DNA of 64,000 nucleotides, from contig OZ024742.1 of NCBI GenBank assembly GCA_964016885.1, positions 124,558,001 through 124,622,000 of the forward strand, read 5' to 3'. This stretch comes from Eledone cirrhosa (lineage: Eukaryota). Numbering within the stretch: the stretch's first letter is position 1; each line of letters opens with the position of its first letter. Both the position numbers and the translations under genes were made by a program. Shown here piece after piece: positions 27,873 through 41,482 of this stretch. The notes under the pieces were generated by a model. That model saw only the letters and a program-made list of their open reading frames with translations. It was not told the origin of the DNA and made no database searches.

Positions 27873-30800
27873 CATTTATTTATTGGCAACAAGGTCTGAC
27901 ATCAAGAAAAACATTACAGACGGCACAGGACTGTACAGGACGGTACGATGTGGGTTTTGTGCCTGTAATTTTTTTATTATTTATATAAACAATAAAAATG
28001 AAAATTGAAACAATGAAAAATTCCCCAATAGGGGGAAACCTCCGAGGGTTACTCGTGGCGAAAACCACACAAAAGACCACGGCCACCCTGACCAGCAGGG
28101 CAAGTGCCCTCTCTCAATTGTTCCATCTCTCAAACTACAGACGTATATGCAGAGCGGTCCCGTTCACTCGGACCATTCTCGCTACATTCACCCACCTTTC
28201 AACAAACTTGCTAGAAGGCAGCACTTGCCTCTCCACCCTGATTTTCCTCTTCATGTGAAACTTGAAAAAGTTAATTAGGGATTCGCGGAAGAGGAAAGTG
28301 TCTGTCTTTAACCCTTTGAACCTTGTCCACCACACAATATCTTTCGCCATGGCCACCAGGCAGATGAAAACCGCCTGCCCTTCCTCCTCGAAAGAAGACG
28401 GCGAGACCATCTGCACAATGGACTCAGTTGATAACAGCATCAGTCCTACACGCCACAGCAACTGTTCGACATTGCTCCACAAGTCAGCAATGCTCGGACA
28501 CTGAACGAGTGCGTGCACGACGGTTTCGTCGCTCTGCGCGCATCTCGGACAGGTTGGCTGACGGCACTTCCGTCCCTGTAGAGTTATCTTGAACCGGTAG
28601 CGCTCCCCGGTAGAACTGCCAGGCCAGGGATTTTTGGAAGTTATCCATAGGCCCTGGTTTGAAAGTTCTCCGGTAGATAGCAAACAGCTAATCTTTTTCG
28701 ACGCCCAGGATCTCTCCATGAACGTCGTCACTCTTCCCCTCGACTAGTCCTCTATGGAACGCCGAGGTGGATGTTCCAACGATACTGGTGCCCAGCTGGC
28801 AGATGACAGTGAGCGCCTGGAGACATTCCCTGTCTCCAAGCGATATGCCTCGGTATTTTGCTGACCCAGGACTGCAGCTCCATCAAGAAGACGAGAGGTG
28901 GGAAAACGCGCCTGGCTAACGGCGACCACACCTGTTCACCGTCAAGGAAGCAACAGAGATGTCGCAGCCTCAACGCATGTTTGCGCATCGTCAGCCATGG
29001 CATGCCCAGTCCTCCACGCAATGGGTGTTGGCAGCAGATGGATCGTCTGACCATAGGAGCGCGTCCCTTCCACAAAAAGCGGAAGAGGAGGCGCTCCATA
29101 TTGGTGAGAGTTGGGCCGGGACAAGGGACAACAGTGAGGCGGTAGCAGACGACGGATGCGATATACGCATTCGCCACCTCCGCCCGGCCTTTCAGGGACA
29201 GCTTCCTCTCGGCCCATTTCCGGGTGAGCGAGGCCACCTTGCTCGTCACCTCGTTCCAGCTTTTCTCCATCTGGAGGTCCGGTCTGAACCAGACCCCGAG
29301 CAATTTAACCGGTCCGTCCGTCCAACGCCCCACGACGTTGTCGGACGGCATGGACTTCCCTCTCCAGGTGCCGAGCTGCAAGCCCACCGACTTTTTCTGG
29401 TTTATCTTTGCTCCTGTCACCGCTTCGTATTCTTTGAGAGCGGTGCCGAGCATCTGGTCAGTATGGTGCACGACAGTACAAAGATAATGTCGTCGGCGCA
29501 AGCCGACTAGGATTTCCCGCATCCTAGTTCGCGTGGGACGCCCCTAACCGCTCTCAGTTTGTGCAGTTACGGCTCGCGAGCCAATAAGTACAAGAGAGAT
29601 TAGAGGGGACAACACTGGTAGACTGAGCGCATGATGCTGAACGGCTGCGACAGGTGACCGTTCACCCTCACAACTGAGCAGATGTGGCTGTACATCGCAG
29701 CGATCCAACACCTGAAAACGGGACCGAAACCGGCTGCCTCGAGGACCGCCACCAGATACCGATGGTCGACCCTATCGAATGATTTGGATTGATCCAAGTT
29801 GATCAGGACCCCACCCGTGCCAGGCTCCTTAACCACCATCTCTATGATGTATTACATGATGTGGGGGCTGTCGTGTATGGATCTGTCCGGAATGGCGCAT
29901 ATCTGCGCCTTCCCCATCAGACCCTTGACGACAAGCGCCAACCTTGTTGTTAACAACTTGGCCAAAATCTTGAACTCTGCGTTTAGCAGGGTTATCGGCC
30001 TGAAATTATCGATAACATCTCCCCTGTTCGGGTCTTTTCTCTGCAGCGTCACCGTTCCCAGGCTCACAAAACTGGGAATGCTCCCGTTGCAGTAGATGCC
30101 AGTTGCAGTAGACGTCTAGGGCAGACCATCCAAACCGGGCGCTTTACCCCTCGTGCAGTTAGCCATCGCATCCCGTATTTCACCAGCTGTTACTGGATTT
30201 TCGCAACACTGTGCTGCGGTCGTTGAGATCCGAGGCAGTCCGTCGAGCCATGCACTGAAGTCCATGCCCGATCCGGGCCGCCGCTGTTCCCTAACAGTTC
30301 AGCAAAGTGCTGATGAAAAGCTTCACACATCTGCTCGGGTTCGATGCAACACGCACCCGTTTTGGTCAGACAAAGACCGAATTGTGGCTTTGTTGCCACG
30401 TCGCGCCTCTACCACCCGGGCCGATTGGACGGCTTTTGTCCCCTCGTGTTTGAGAGCACGCGCTCTTGCTCTGACAACGCAGTCTTCGTGTTTTGCGTTG
30501 AAGAATTGGTCGAGTGCCAATCTCGCCGCAAGCACGTCAGTTGCGATGCCTGTCCTAAACGCCTCTTTCAGCTTTCTGACTAGCTCTCCCTCTACTCTAT
30601 TTTCTTTTATCACTAGTCTTTTGCTAAACCTAATCGACTCTACTTTAATTGCCCTTTTAAGGGCGAACCACCACCTGTTGTTGACGACCGCTACCGTCAA
30701 CGCCCGCTTAACTAATACACTAATCCGGTATATGTAGGCTTTGCACGCCGGAGAAGACGCGTTCAGCTTCCAGTAACCGAGCCCTTGTCTATGAAGTCTG

Positions 30801-33460
30801 TCTATGTAGATCTCACAGATCACAAATTTGTGGTCTGTGTAGTCGACTATTTTAAATTGTGGACAACTTATACTAGCCTTATCTAGTTCTCTGCAGAATA
30901 TCCTATCGAGATACGATCTGGATGACCCGATAAGGTTTGTCCATGTCCACATTGGCACATTGGGGTGATCCAGTCGATACCTGTCAGACAGTTCAAAACG
31001 TATGAGCAGGTTGGTGAGGCTCTTGCACCCTCCTCCCTATCCACTAGCCCCACACAATCCCAGCGTGCATCCAAGATACTGTTCCAGTCGGCCACTAACA
31101 CTAAATAGGGGGACGTTCCAAGAAAGGTCTCTAGACGTCTGAAGAAATCTGGCCATCCTGCCCCTGATGGGGCGTAGACGGCTACTAGCCTGAAAACATA
31201 TGCCTTCGACTTACCTTCTTGGTCTAGGAAGATGGCCCGTATGGCGAGATCCAAGCCTCTCCGAAAAAGGACAGCAACCCCCCCCCCCCCCGATCCTGGA
31301 CGTCTGGGAGATGCGTATACATCGTAGCCGCCGAAGATCGGTGCGAAGGCTTGTGTTTCGGAGATTCTGGTCTCACTGATGGCCACCACATCTATTTTTA
31401 GTGACCTGAGGTCGTTGAGCAGGTGACCCTGCTTCCAAGATGACCCCAGGCCACCTGCATTTATACTGCCTATTCTGAGTACGGCCATGTTGGATGAGAA
31501 ACGGGGCAAGTGAGAAAGGGTCACTTACCTAGATCGTGGGGTGAAGGGGCAGTAGAACTGTCCCTTTGGCTGGTCATGGGTGTTTCCAAGAGGATGTCAG
31601 TATATATCCTCTTGGTAACCGACCCCCTGAATTCTCCAACTGCGTTGGGGAATTTTTATTTTAAAGGTTTGTACTGTTCTATTGAGATTTCAATGATGCT
31701 TATGTTTGTCGGGAGAGTTCTTGGTGTTGGTGGGGTGTAGTAGTTTTTTTCTGTGATGTCTGTGTGCTGCTTTATATATTGTATGAGTTCTTTTTTTGCC
31801 ATGTTTATGGCTGTGTACTTTTTGGGGGGGGGGGGGGATTTGTTGCTCTTTTCTTCTTGTTGCTGTTTGGTGTGTGTGTTTCGTTCTGCTTGCGTTGTTG
31901 GTGTTTTTGGTGATGCTGGTGGTGAAGTGGTTTTTGTTGGTGGTGGTGCTTGTGGTGGTGATGGTGGTGGCGTTGCTGCAAGTTTCCTTGCTGCCTTTAC
32001 CCCTCTTTGTCTGCCTTCGCTTTTGGATGGTGAATTTAAGGGTTTTTTCCTTTTCTGTTTGTTTGTGGCAGACCGTTTGCCACTTCACTCCCGCCTCAAA
32101 CTCCTTGTCGGATTCCGTGGGGTGTGGGAAGGATATGTGCTCCACGGCTGTTGGTGGTGGTATGGAGCCCTCTTCGGCAATTTTGTTGCTGGTGTAGCGA
32201 CTTCAAATGTAGCTATTGGTGTTGCCGCCACTGATGCTGCTGCTTTAGTTGTCCGTGGCCTTGCTACGGGTGCCACGGACGTTGCCCTCCTACTCACCCT
32301 GGAAGAGGCTTCTCCGTTTGTTGCCTGTCCTGTTCTTGGTAGCAGCGGACCAGGTATTGGAAGGAGAGGGGCCTTCTACTTCGCTGTCTGCTGCAGGCAA
32401 AAGGCCCTGAGGTGACCCTTCGACCCACAGAGATAACATTTTGGCTGTCTTCCTTCTACGCTTATAGGGAGTTGGAGTCCTTCCTCGATGTCTATAATAT
32501 CGGGGATAGCGTCAATACATTCCTGGTCAATTTGTATAAGCATTTGCATGCCTATACCTGACCAGTTCTCCCTTCCTATTTTCTCTACTTGCAGCATGGT
32601 CGTCCTGTCCTCAATTCCAGCAAGGACAGACGCGGCCAGCCAAAGTATGCGCACGTCGGGTGGGACCAGGGTCACTTTGACCCTCACAATTTTCTGCCCG
32701 CAGTAGGAGGGCACCAGACTATCTCCTCACTCTTTCGGTTTTCAAAAGAGTGAGAATTTGCTTCCTAGGGGGTGGCGAAAAGTACGTCTACTGTGGCGTA
32801 CTTTCTGTGATGTGGGTTTTGCGTGCCCAGACGCACCCGAAGGCCTTTTGGATTTGAGTATCCGTGGCTCTCTCCACCCGATGTGAGATTTTGCTTACGG
32901 TGCGGTAAGTCACCGTCCGTAGCTGCTGGTCCTTGAAAAAGTCGGGTGGAGGTTTCAGGGAGACTCTATTGGCGCTTCTTGTCACCATGGCCCTTGCGAC
33001 TGCCATCTCCTCCTCTGTGAATAACACTGTCTCGATATTTCGGGCGACACCTGCAAAAGAGGTGGTCCCTTTTTCAGCAGCACCACTATTGCTGCCGCTA
33101 CTGGACTTACTGGTGGTGCTGAGATCGCTGTTCCAGGTATCGGTGTCATTGTTGATGTTTTCGTTGGTACAGTTATTGGTGTTGTTGTTGATATTTTCGT
33201 TGATACTGTTGCTGTTGTTACTGTTATTGTGGATGTTGTTATTATTGTTGTTTTTGCTGATACTGTTCCTACTATTATTGTTGTTGTGGCTGTTGTTATT
33301 GTCATTGTTATTGTCGTTCTCGACCTTACCACTGTTATTTTTGTTATTGTCATTCTCGACTCTACCGCTGTTATTTTTGTTGTTGCTGTTGTTATTGATG
33401 GTGTTGTTCTTATAAACATTGCTCATTATTGTTTTGAAGGAACATTTTTCTTATTTTAAA
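27873..33460 (-). mobile_element. Near full-length L1/Tx1-clade retrotransposon, two ORFs, pseudogenised
   Basis: ORF1 from 33426 with zinc knuckle CYLCGSKGHLRAFC. ORF2 from about 31488: APE endonuclease (IGSINAGGL, VAISET, VAVYAP, DWN, TDHK, GYWKLN), RT (NFRPITLLNAEFKILAK, LDQSKSFDRVDH, KINQKKS, GGLGMP) and CPRCAQSDETVVHALVQC. 5' boundary uncertain. Confidence 0.93.
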
Positions 33461-33799
33461 ATGTACCTTTTATTTGGTGCTAAAGGTGGGAATTTGAACT
33501 CTTTGAACTGCATCAGATAATGGTTGTGTTCTATCTACTGCATTCCTCAACCCTTTGCTAACTATCAGCACGATATAGAGCAAGCAAAAAATTGATGTGA
33601 TTTTATACTGTTGCTGTTCCTACAACTTAGCCACACATGATTAAAAAACAACTGGGGTTCTTCTGCATTTAATTGAGAACTATGAGGTGCCATTTTGGTT
33701 ATAAATTTCCTATATTCACTGGAGCAATTGCAAAAACCTTTATCTGTTAATCTCTATATGCATGTATATATAACTAGATAGATACATAGATAGATAAAT

Positions 33800-34425
<626 letters not shown>

Positions 34426-34867
34426 TGCGTTATCTCCATTTCTGTCAATCTATTTACCAATTAATCTATCATTTTAAACTTTCTATATGTGTATTAATTT
34501 ATCAATTTATCTATTTCAAAAAACTATTCATCTATACATTGTTTCTTACCTAGTTAGCTCATCTCCAATTCAATTTCTTTTCTTTATTCCCTTGTTTTAA
34601 TTTAGCATTTTATTCTATGGAGAATAGAATAGGGCCAGGGTTACAAGAAATAAATATAATTATCTAAGGAAGAATATAATGAAAATTTCTGATCAATATC
34701 TTAAATGAAGTTCATGAAATGTTAAAAACAAAAGTTTAAATCTATTTATTCAGAATACAAAAAAAAAAAGGTACGGAACTAAAACACGAGAAAATTGTAT
34801 ACAATAAATTATGTCGACATACATCAAAACCTACTTCCGTACACCACAGCCAATAAGAGTAACAGTA

Positions 34868-35662
34868 ATAATTGTTTCTACTATTGGCACAAGGCCAGCA
34901 AAATAACCAGTACATTACTGGTATTTTATTTAATCGATCCCGTAAGGATGAAAGGCAAAGTTAACCTCGACGGTATTTGAACTCAGACCGTAAAATGACG
35001 TAACTATGCTAGAAAGCATGGTGTCCAACCCTCTACCGATACTGCCAATGGTTTCTTATATAGGCACAAGGACAGCAATTTTGGGGGGAGGGGAAAGTCG
35101 ATTAAATTGACCCCAGAGCTTGACTGGTACTTTATTTTATCGACCCCGTAAGGATGAAAGGAAAAGTTAACCTCGGCGGGATTTGAAATCAGATCATAAA
35201 GGGCCGTAACTCTATGCTGCAAAGCATGGTGTCCGACCCTCTACTGATACTGCCAATCCACCACCCTTGAGCAACAGTAATAATGGCTTCTAATTTAGAC
35301 AGAAGTCTAACAAATTTGAAGGAAAAAGAAAGATAAGTAAATCAACACTTTTACTTGACTGATACTTTATATTATCGGCCCGGAACGGAAAAATGCACAA
35401 TCGGCCCACTAGAACGTTAACAGTCTTATGAATATTGCATAGAATGTTTCCCACATTGTAATGTCTCTGTAAATAAAACACTAATTAAAAAAAATGGTAA
35501 TTGTTTCTATTTTTGCCTCAAGGCCAGCAATTATCCAGTGCATTACTGGTACTTTATTTTATCGACCCCGTTAACCTCGGCGGGATTTGAACTCAGAATG
35601 GCAAGGGCCGTAACTATGCGTCAACGCATGGCGTCTGACCCTCTACCGATACTGCCAATCCC
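34868..35662 (-). mobile_element. Cluster of SINE family A copies (about 34868-35050, 35050-35270, degraded 35285-35400, 35498-35662)
   Basis: Repeated aaggatgaaagg(c/a)aaagttaacctcg..gatttgaa..ctctaccgatactgccaat. Confidence 0.85.
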
Positions 35663-35744
35663 TCATATCATAATGAGAATCGAATGCCAACATGGAAACT
35701 TTCAAATAAAATTTGGTAGATGGAAAGTGAGAGATAGACCATTG

Positions 35745-37075
35745 TCTTCTTCTTCTTCTTCTTTTCTTCTTCTTCTTTTCTTCTTCTTCTTTGCCCAATT
35801 ATTCCTGGTGAGGTCGTGGCTAGCCCAGATGATAGTTGTTATACATGTTCCTTGGGGTCTAAACCTGGTTCTCCAGCCTGTTGGTTTTGTCCGTGAAAAG
35901 TTTGTCCAGCAACTTTTCATTCTAACCACATGTCTGAAGTACTGGGCTGTAATCTCTCCATTCAAAGAAATGGTGGCTCTGCCTAGAGTGACACATTCTA
36001 TCGAGCTAGATTACACCAACGACTATTTGAAGAAACGCCATTACAGCCGCTTGTGAGCTCGATTGATCATTACTCAAGATTCATGACCATAGGTAAGTGT
36101 TGGCATGCACACCGAATTGAAGATATCTATTTTGGCTTTTATCACTATCTACATTCTTTTGAATACCGAGTGCTGACACTGGTGCATTAATGCCCCAGCT
36201 TCTGAAATTTATGCAAATAATTCAGCCTTATATCACTCATGACTTCAAATTCTCCAGCTGCTTCAGAGTAACTCCACTCATATGTAGTATGCACTGCGCT
36301 GGTGTCATGATGAGGACGAACGTCTCAGTATTCGCAGAACCGATTTCCATTCCTGTCGTGCAACATTTGGAAGCAAACGTGTTAAATGCATGTCAGATTT
36401 CGCCTTCTAACGAGAAAAATATTACCATGCAAATTTTAGCCGAAACACTCCACACCCGCCAATTTCGATCCACTTCCAGCATGGCTGCGCATGTCAATCA
36501 TGTGCACTAGGGCTATGAACAGTAGAGAGGACAGTATGCATCATTGGTGATGTCCAAGAGCCAAATTCAAACGATTTGAATTTAGCAATATTTTTCTGAA
36601 CCCAGATACTAGGACGTTCGTATAGAGACATCAGGTCAACAAGAATGTATCAATCTACCCCAAACTCTTACAAACATTTATAAAACAGGTCCCACGGAAC
36701 ACAGTCATAAACCATTTCGAGGTATACGAAACAAGCATACACATTTTGACTATACTCTCACGATTTCTCGAATACCCTATGCAGTGTGAATATTCGGTCC
36801 ATACTGTTTAAACCATACTGTTCTTCAGCAATCTTGGATTCATCCTTATCTCTATACTTTGTCGGTTTAGCTTGACAAAGAGAGCCATCTATACTTAGAG
36901 CTGGTTCTCTTCTCTCCTTTTTTGACAAGTAAGATTACCACTCTCGATTGCCATTACTTAGGTGCATCTCCAGAGTACCAGGCCACTCGGCGCACACAAG
37001 TCAGCTAGAGAATACCTTTTCTATTTAAAGTTTATAACATATTGGACCAAATTTCATCCTTCCCATTGTACCTAA
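35745..37075 (-). mobile_element. RTE-type LINE, degraded RT and 3' end with (AAG)n tail
   Basis: Manual translation: YACFVYLEMVYDCVPW (FVDLEKAYD-like), CILSSLLF (QGCILSPLLF-like), QYFRHVVRM..GWRTRFRP. Confidence 0.7.
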
Positions 37076-38247
37076 CATAATAGGTTTCAACAAAATAGAT
37101 ACTGTTTAACTTGGACACAAATTGACTGGCATTTTATTTGCTTCGAGCCAAAAGGATGAAGTGAAAAGTTGAACTCAGTGAGATTTGAACTTAGAATGTG
37201 GAGAGCTAGAAAAGATACAAAGCCTGTTGTCTTAGGTGAATGAATGGAGCACAACGGCTTATAAGTGGAGAAAACAGTGAACATAAAGTAACTCAATAGG
37301 TGTAAACATGCAAAACTATTTGGTATTTATTATTGCAACGAACACTGCTACCAGGTGTAAAAGTATCGACATTGATAACAAAACAAATGATAATTTATGT
37401 TTAGAATATTGTAGCAGTGCACAGAAAAGTGTGCAATAGTTTTCAATGACTTACTAGATATGAACATCAACTAGTTACTACTAGGGAAAACAATATTAAA
37501 CTCTCAAAATGAAATTAACAAGGGCCACTAAAACTAAAGCACAATAACATGTTTACAAGCAATTCTATCGTAACGATACTTATATTGTACTGCTATTCGG
37601 GAAAAGGAAATTAAAAAATATCCGTTTCAGCGCGGGAATATAAAGGTGTCGGAAAGTGATGTATAATTATGTAGAAAAGCTTTTTTGTAAACATAATAAC
37701 AGTTGAGGATTGCAAAGAAGATACGCAAAAATCTAAACATGGCATGATTAAACTGCCCTCTGGGGTATTGAAGACACTGTACATACACCAACAAACATAA
37801 TTGTACGGCATTACCCCCACTAAACGTCGAGGAATTGTTAGAAGCATGAGAAATATTTACAAATTCCGTGTGCTCTATATTCTGGCTCTCTCTTTACTGA
37901 TCTGATTTCAAATTTCACAAATGTCAATTTTACCATTCATCGTTTCTTAGTCCCTAAATAAAACACGAGCCCAGAGTGTCGAGCTGTATTTGTTTCAGCC
38001 ATTTGCTATTATCATGACACCATCATCATTATCATCATCATCATGTTCCTCATCGACAGCATTATTGTCATCTTGATCATCATCGTTTAACGTCCATTTT
38101 CCCAAGATGACCATGTCTTGCTCATACAGAACGCTTTCTTGCTTGGTTTCTAAGGCAAGATTCCCTTTCTAACGCTAACCGACCACTTAAAGTGTCAAGT
38201 GGGTGCTTTTATCGTGGCAACAAAATAACAATATTATAGTATATACT

Positions 38248-38358
38248 GAGTTCAAATCCCGTTAACTTTGCCTTTCATCCTTGCGGGGTCGATAAAATAA
38301 AGCACCAGTAATACACTGGGATAATTGCTGGCATTTTGCCAAAAGTAGAAATAATTAT
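38248..38358 (+). mobile_element. SINE family A, partial
   Basis: gagttcaaatcccgttaactttgcctttcatccttgcggggtcgataaaata..gtagaaataattat. Confidence 0.8.
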
Positions 38359-38971
38359 AGGGTGGACTGAGCGCATTTTGTCGTTTCCCTAACAAAAACA
38401 TTTTACAATATGGAGTGGGCGTCTTTCGTCGTGTCTCAAACACGAGCACATTACGCTGTGTATTGAGCGATTTTTGTCGGCACCATTTGTAATGTGTTCA
38501 AATTCAACCGTCGCATTGCAGCCATTTCAGGCCGTCATGAATAGATGATATTTTGTTTTACTATAATCCTTCTCGATGACCTCACTAACTTGATAAGTGC
38601 ATTCTCAATTATGAACCACTTCATTCCATTCTGAAGAGATTTTTATTCTCTTTTATCTTCTTTTTTTTTTTATTTGGTTACTCACACTTTTTTCCTTAAT
38701 ACAACTTTTTAACATTTCAAATTGATACAAGACTAACATTACGGGCGTTAATGGTGTTCCGCTTTGTTCACATTCGTAGTAAATCTACTATAGTATTATA
38801 GGTATCTATGTCATTCTACATACTGAAAGTAGATGTTCTCTGATATTGTTGACATGAACCCTTCCATGTTAAAATAGAACCCGTTTAAAATTGTAAGAAC
38901 CAGAATATCCTTTAAAGCTTACATAGCCTCAGAATACACATCCAGTAATATTTGGATGCAATAACCAACAT

Positions 38972-40261
38972 TCTTGTTTTTCATTCCTCTTGCTGGTTAA
39001 TATACCATCAAACTCCTTAGGTAATGTTTTCTTCTCCAGGTAGAACCTCACGATCATCGGTATCCGCATCAAGCAGAGTGGTATACGGAAGCAGAATGAA
39101 GTATGAATATAGCATGGGTATATTGTTATTCATATGTGAGACGTGTTTCGCTATCCATCAGCCGAAGCTAAGATCGGGAATGATTGTGCCCGTGGTTGGA
39201 ATCGATAGTTAATCAGAATTGTGGATTCTGGAATGAATGGAAATATCTGTCACACAGTTTTAAATATCCTTTGTTGAGTTAAATTCAATTGTAGTGTTAG
39301 TATATCTCTTGCAATTCATTAGTAGCGGGTATATAGCAATGCTTTGTAACAGTGTCGGCGACGGCAGTAGGTGAGTATTGAAGAGGTTTGTTGAAGAGAA
39401 TTATATTGAATATAAAAATGATAATAAAAAATAATAAAATAAAGAATCGAGGCGAGAGAAAAAAAGAAAAACAAGACAACACTGATAATTTTGTTCGTTG
39501 ATAGATTAAGATATTGTCGAAGTAGTGTGTTTGAACATGGCGCTGGCTTACTTTTGGACATTCCCTTTTATATTGGAAGATTCCACTCTGACTCAATTCG
39601 CTCATTGAGTAATTCGAATAGCCTGTTATTTTTGGCCCTAGGAATCTATCCCATGAAGCTGAATACCAACATTAACGTGGATGTGGGGTGAGGTATATTA
39701 TACCCTTATACACCTAAACACTATGACATATCTCACAGGACTTTAATTTCAACATCTGTATCTTCGCTATGACATTTTATAATCCCGATAAATTCTATAT
39801 TTGCGAAATTTTAAATTTATTGATTATATTAATTTAATTTATTGTTATTTTTCTGTTAACGTTTCACTAAAATTTGCCCTTACACGATATCGAATGTATT
39901 GTAAATAAGTTGCTGAGAAAGGTAAGGTAAACCTGTTGTTACTATGACCACTACCACTTTGATTATAGAGAGAAGAGAGGAGAATAAAGGTTTCTTAAAA
40001 ACGTTTCTCTTCATACTTATAGCTTGTGAATTTAATGTGGGTTGTGGAATGTTATTGTTTATTCTAGCTTTATTACACCAGTTAAACATATTTACACAGG
40101 CAAGTAGGTTTGATGAGAATATGCCCAAATATGTATTGGCAAGAAATTATGCGTTGATTTTGTGTTATAAAATTAGTGCAAGTTGAAAGAGATCCGGATG
40201 AAGTTAAATGTCATATTAGGTTTTCCCTACCACGTTTGTTTCCCTTGATTTGAACACAAAT
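38972..40261. repeat. 1.3-kb direct repeat, copy 1
   Basis: Collinear with 49271-50554; offset 10305 in the core. Confidence 0.95.
39366..39376 (+). promoter_or_regulatory. Consensus 5' splice donor AG|GTGAGT, possible non-coding first exon (also at 49675/49676)
   Basis: gtgtcggcgacggcagtag|gtgagt inside the identical core of the duplication; an AACATGGCG motif lies about 165 nt downstream. Confidence 0.3.
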
Positions 40262-41309
40262 GTCTATATTACAGATTGACATTCTAAAAATAGTAGTAAA
40301 ATCTCCCTCAACTGACAGTCCTAAAAACATAATGGAGAAAATAATCCTGACTACACAATAAATGTCACGGCATTGGTTATTGCTGAAACATGTTTTAATA
40401 TAAATATGGTTAATTAAGTTGGGTGATAGACATACACCATCGACCCGTATACCACCAATACCTGTACTTCGGGAAACTTAATAAAATACATTTTATTGCA
40501 AGTACAGGGGTCAGGTTTGTTGCCTGACCATAAATTCACGCTTTTCTTTCCCAAAAGAGCAGCGTAGATGTTGTTCTTCTTAGTCTCGCAAATCAGTCCT
40601 ATTTAACAACAACAAAAGCAGCAACATGTGTCAAAGAAAACCATCAACTGGCTGCTCTTTATAGATCATTTAAAACAATATACACGAGAAATATCAACAA
40701 GCAGAAAATCAAACGAAAAACAATCGAGCCATCCAACGTTGAAATGAGAATGCGATTAGACTTAATGCGCCAGAGTTATTGTAAGAACACTTAATCTAAT
40801 TTTAACTGAAATTATTTAGATATAAAACTTGAAATGGGAGAATTAAAATAATTAGGAATTTTCGATGGAACTGATAAGATTAAACATACAGAGAAGAAAC
40901 TAAAAATGTTATAAGACTACTAGAGAATGTAGTCTAATAATATCTAATGTAATAAATCAAACATATTGTTAGATATACGATGATAGGTGTGAACACACTA
41001 GCTCTCCTAATAATATACAACTTCAGTATAATAAATTGGAAGTTATATGAACCGGAGAGAGACCGTAGGAAAAAGAAAAAAATAACAACCGTAACATACA
41101 CATTAACTATTTACTGTATATCAAACCCACCATCCTAGAGTAGATTGAATTAGTATATACATATCGGGCGCATTAGTGCATGATGGTGGTGTGGTTAGGT
41201 TACCCCTGATAGAGTTATTTTAAACCTGGCAGACCCCATCCCTTACCAGCTCTGGACACAGCAGATTTTTTTTCCAGGGAATGAGTGAGAGTGACAAACA
41301 GCAAGTGAA

Positions 41310-41482
41310 TAAGGAACATGGAGGAGGAATCGACTCCAGTACTAGACTAGCACTAATTTTCTCGACCTCGGAAGAATGGAAGACAAAGTTGACATCGATA
41401 GGACTTGAAATCAGAGAGAAGAGAGTCAGAACTAATAACACAAGGCATTCTATCCGACGTCCTAACAACTCTGCTAATTCGC
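41310..41482 (-). mobile_element. Diverged SINE related to family A
   Basis: atcgactccagtactagactagcac..ggaagaatggaagacaaagttgacatcg..ctaacaactctgctaattcgc. Confidence 0.6.

Noticed and set aside
28858-33415. Several 100-220 aa plus-strand ORFs opposite the Tx1 element (likewise opposite the CRE copies)
   Set aside because: Expected antisense shadows of GC-rich or low-complexity coding DNA; no motifs.
39145-39185. ttcgct..gccgaagctaagatc resemblance to the U2 snRNA 5' end
   Set aside because: Only about 9 contiguous matches; the GUAGUA branch-pairing region and the rest of U2 are absent.
39319-39561. 80-aa minus-strand ORF resembling a type II membrane protein N-terminus (duplicated at 49624-49866)
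   Set aside because: The hydrophobic stretch comes from T-rich low-complexity DNA; no recognisable domain or splice exit, and identical copies give no dN/dS signal.
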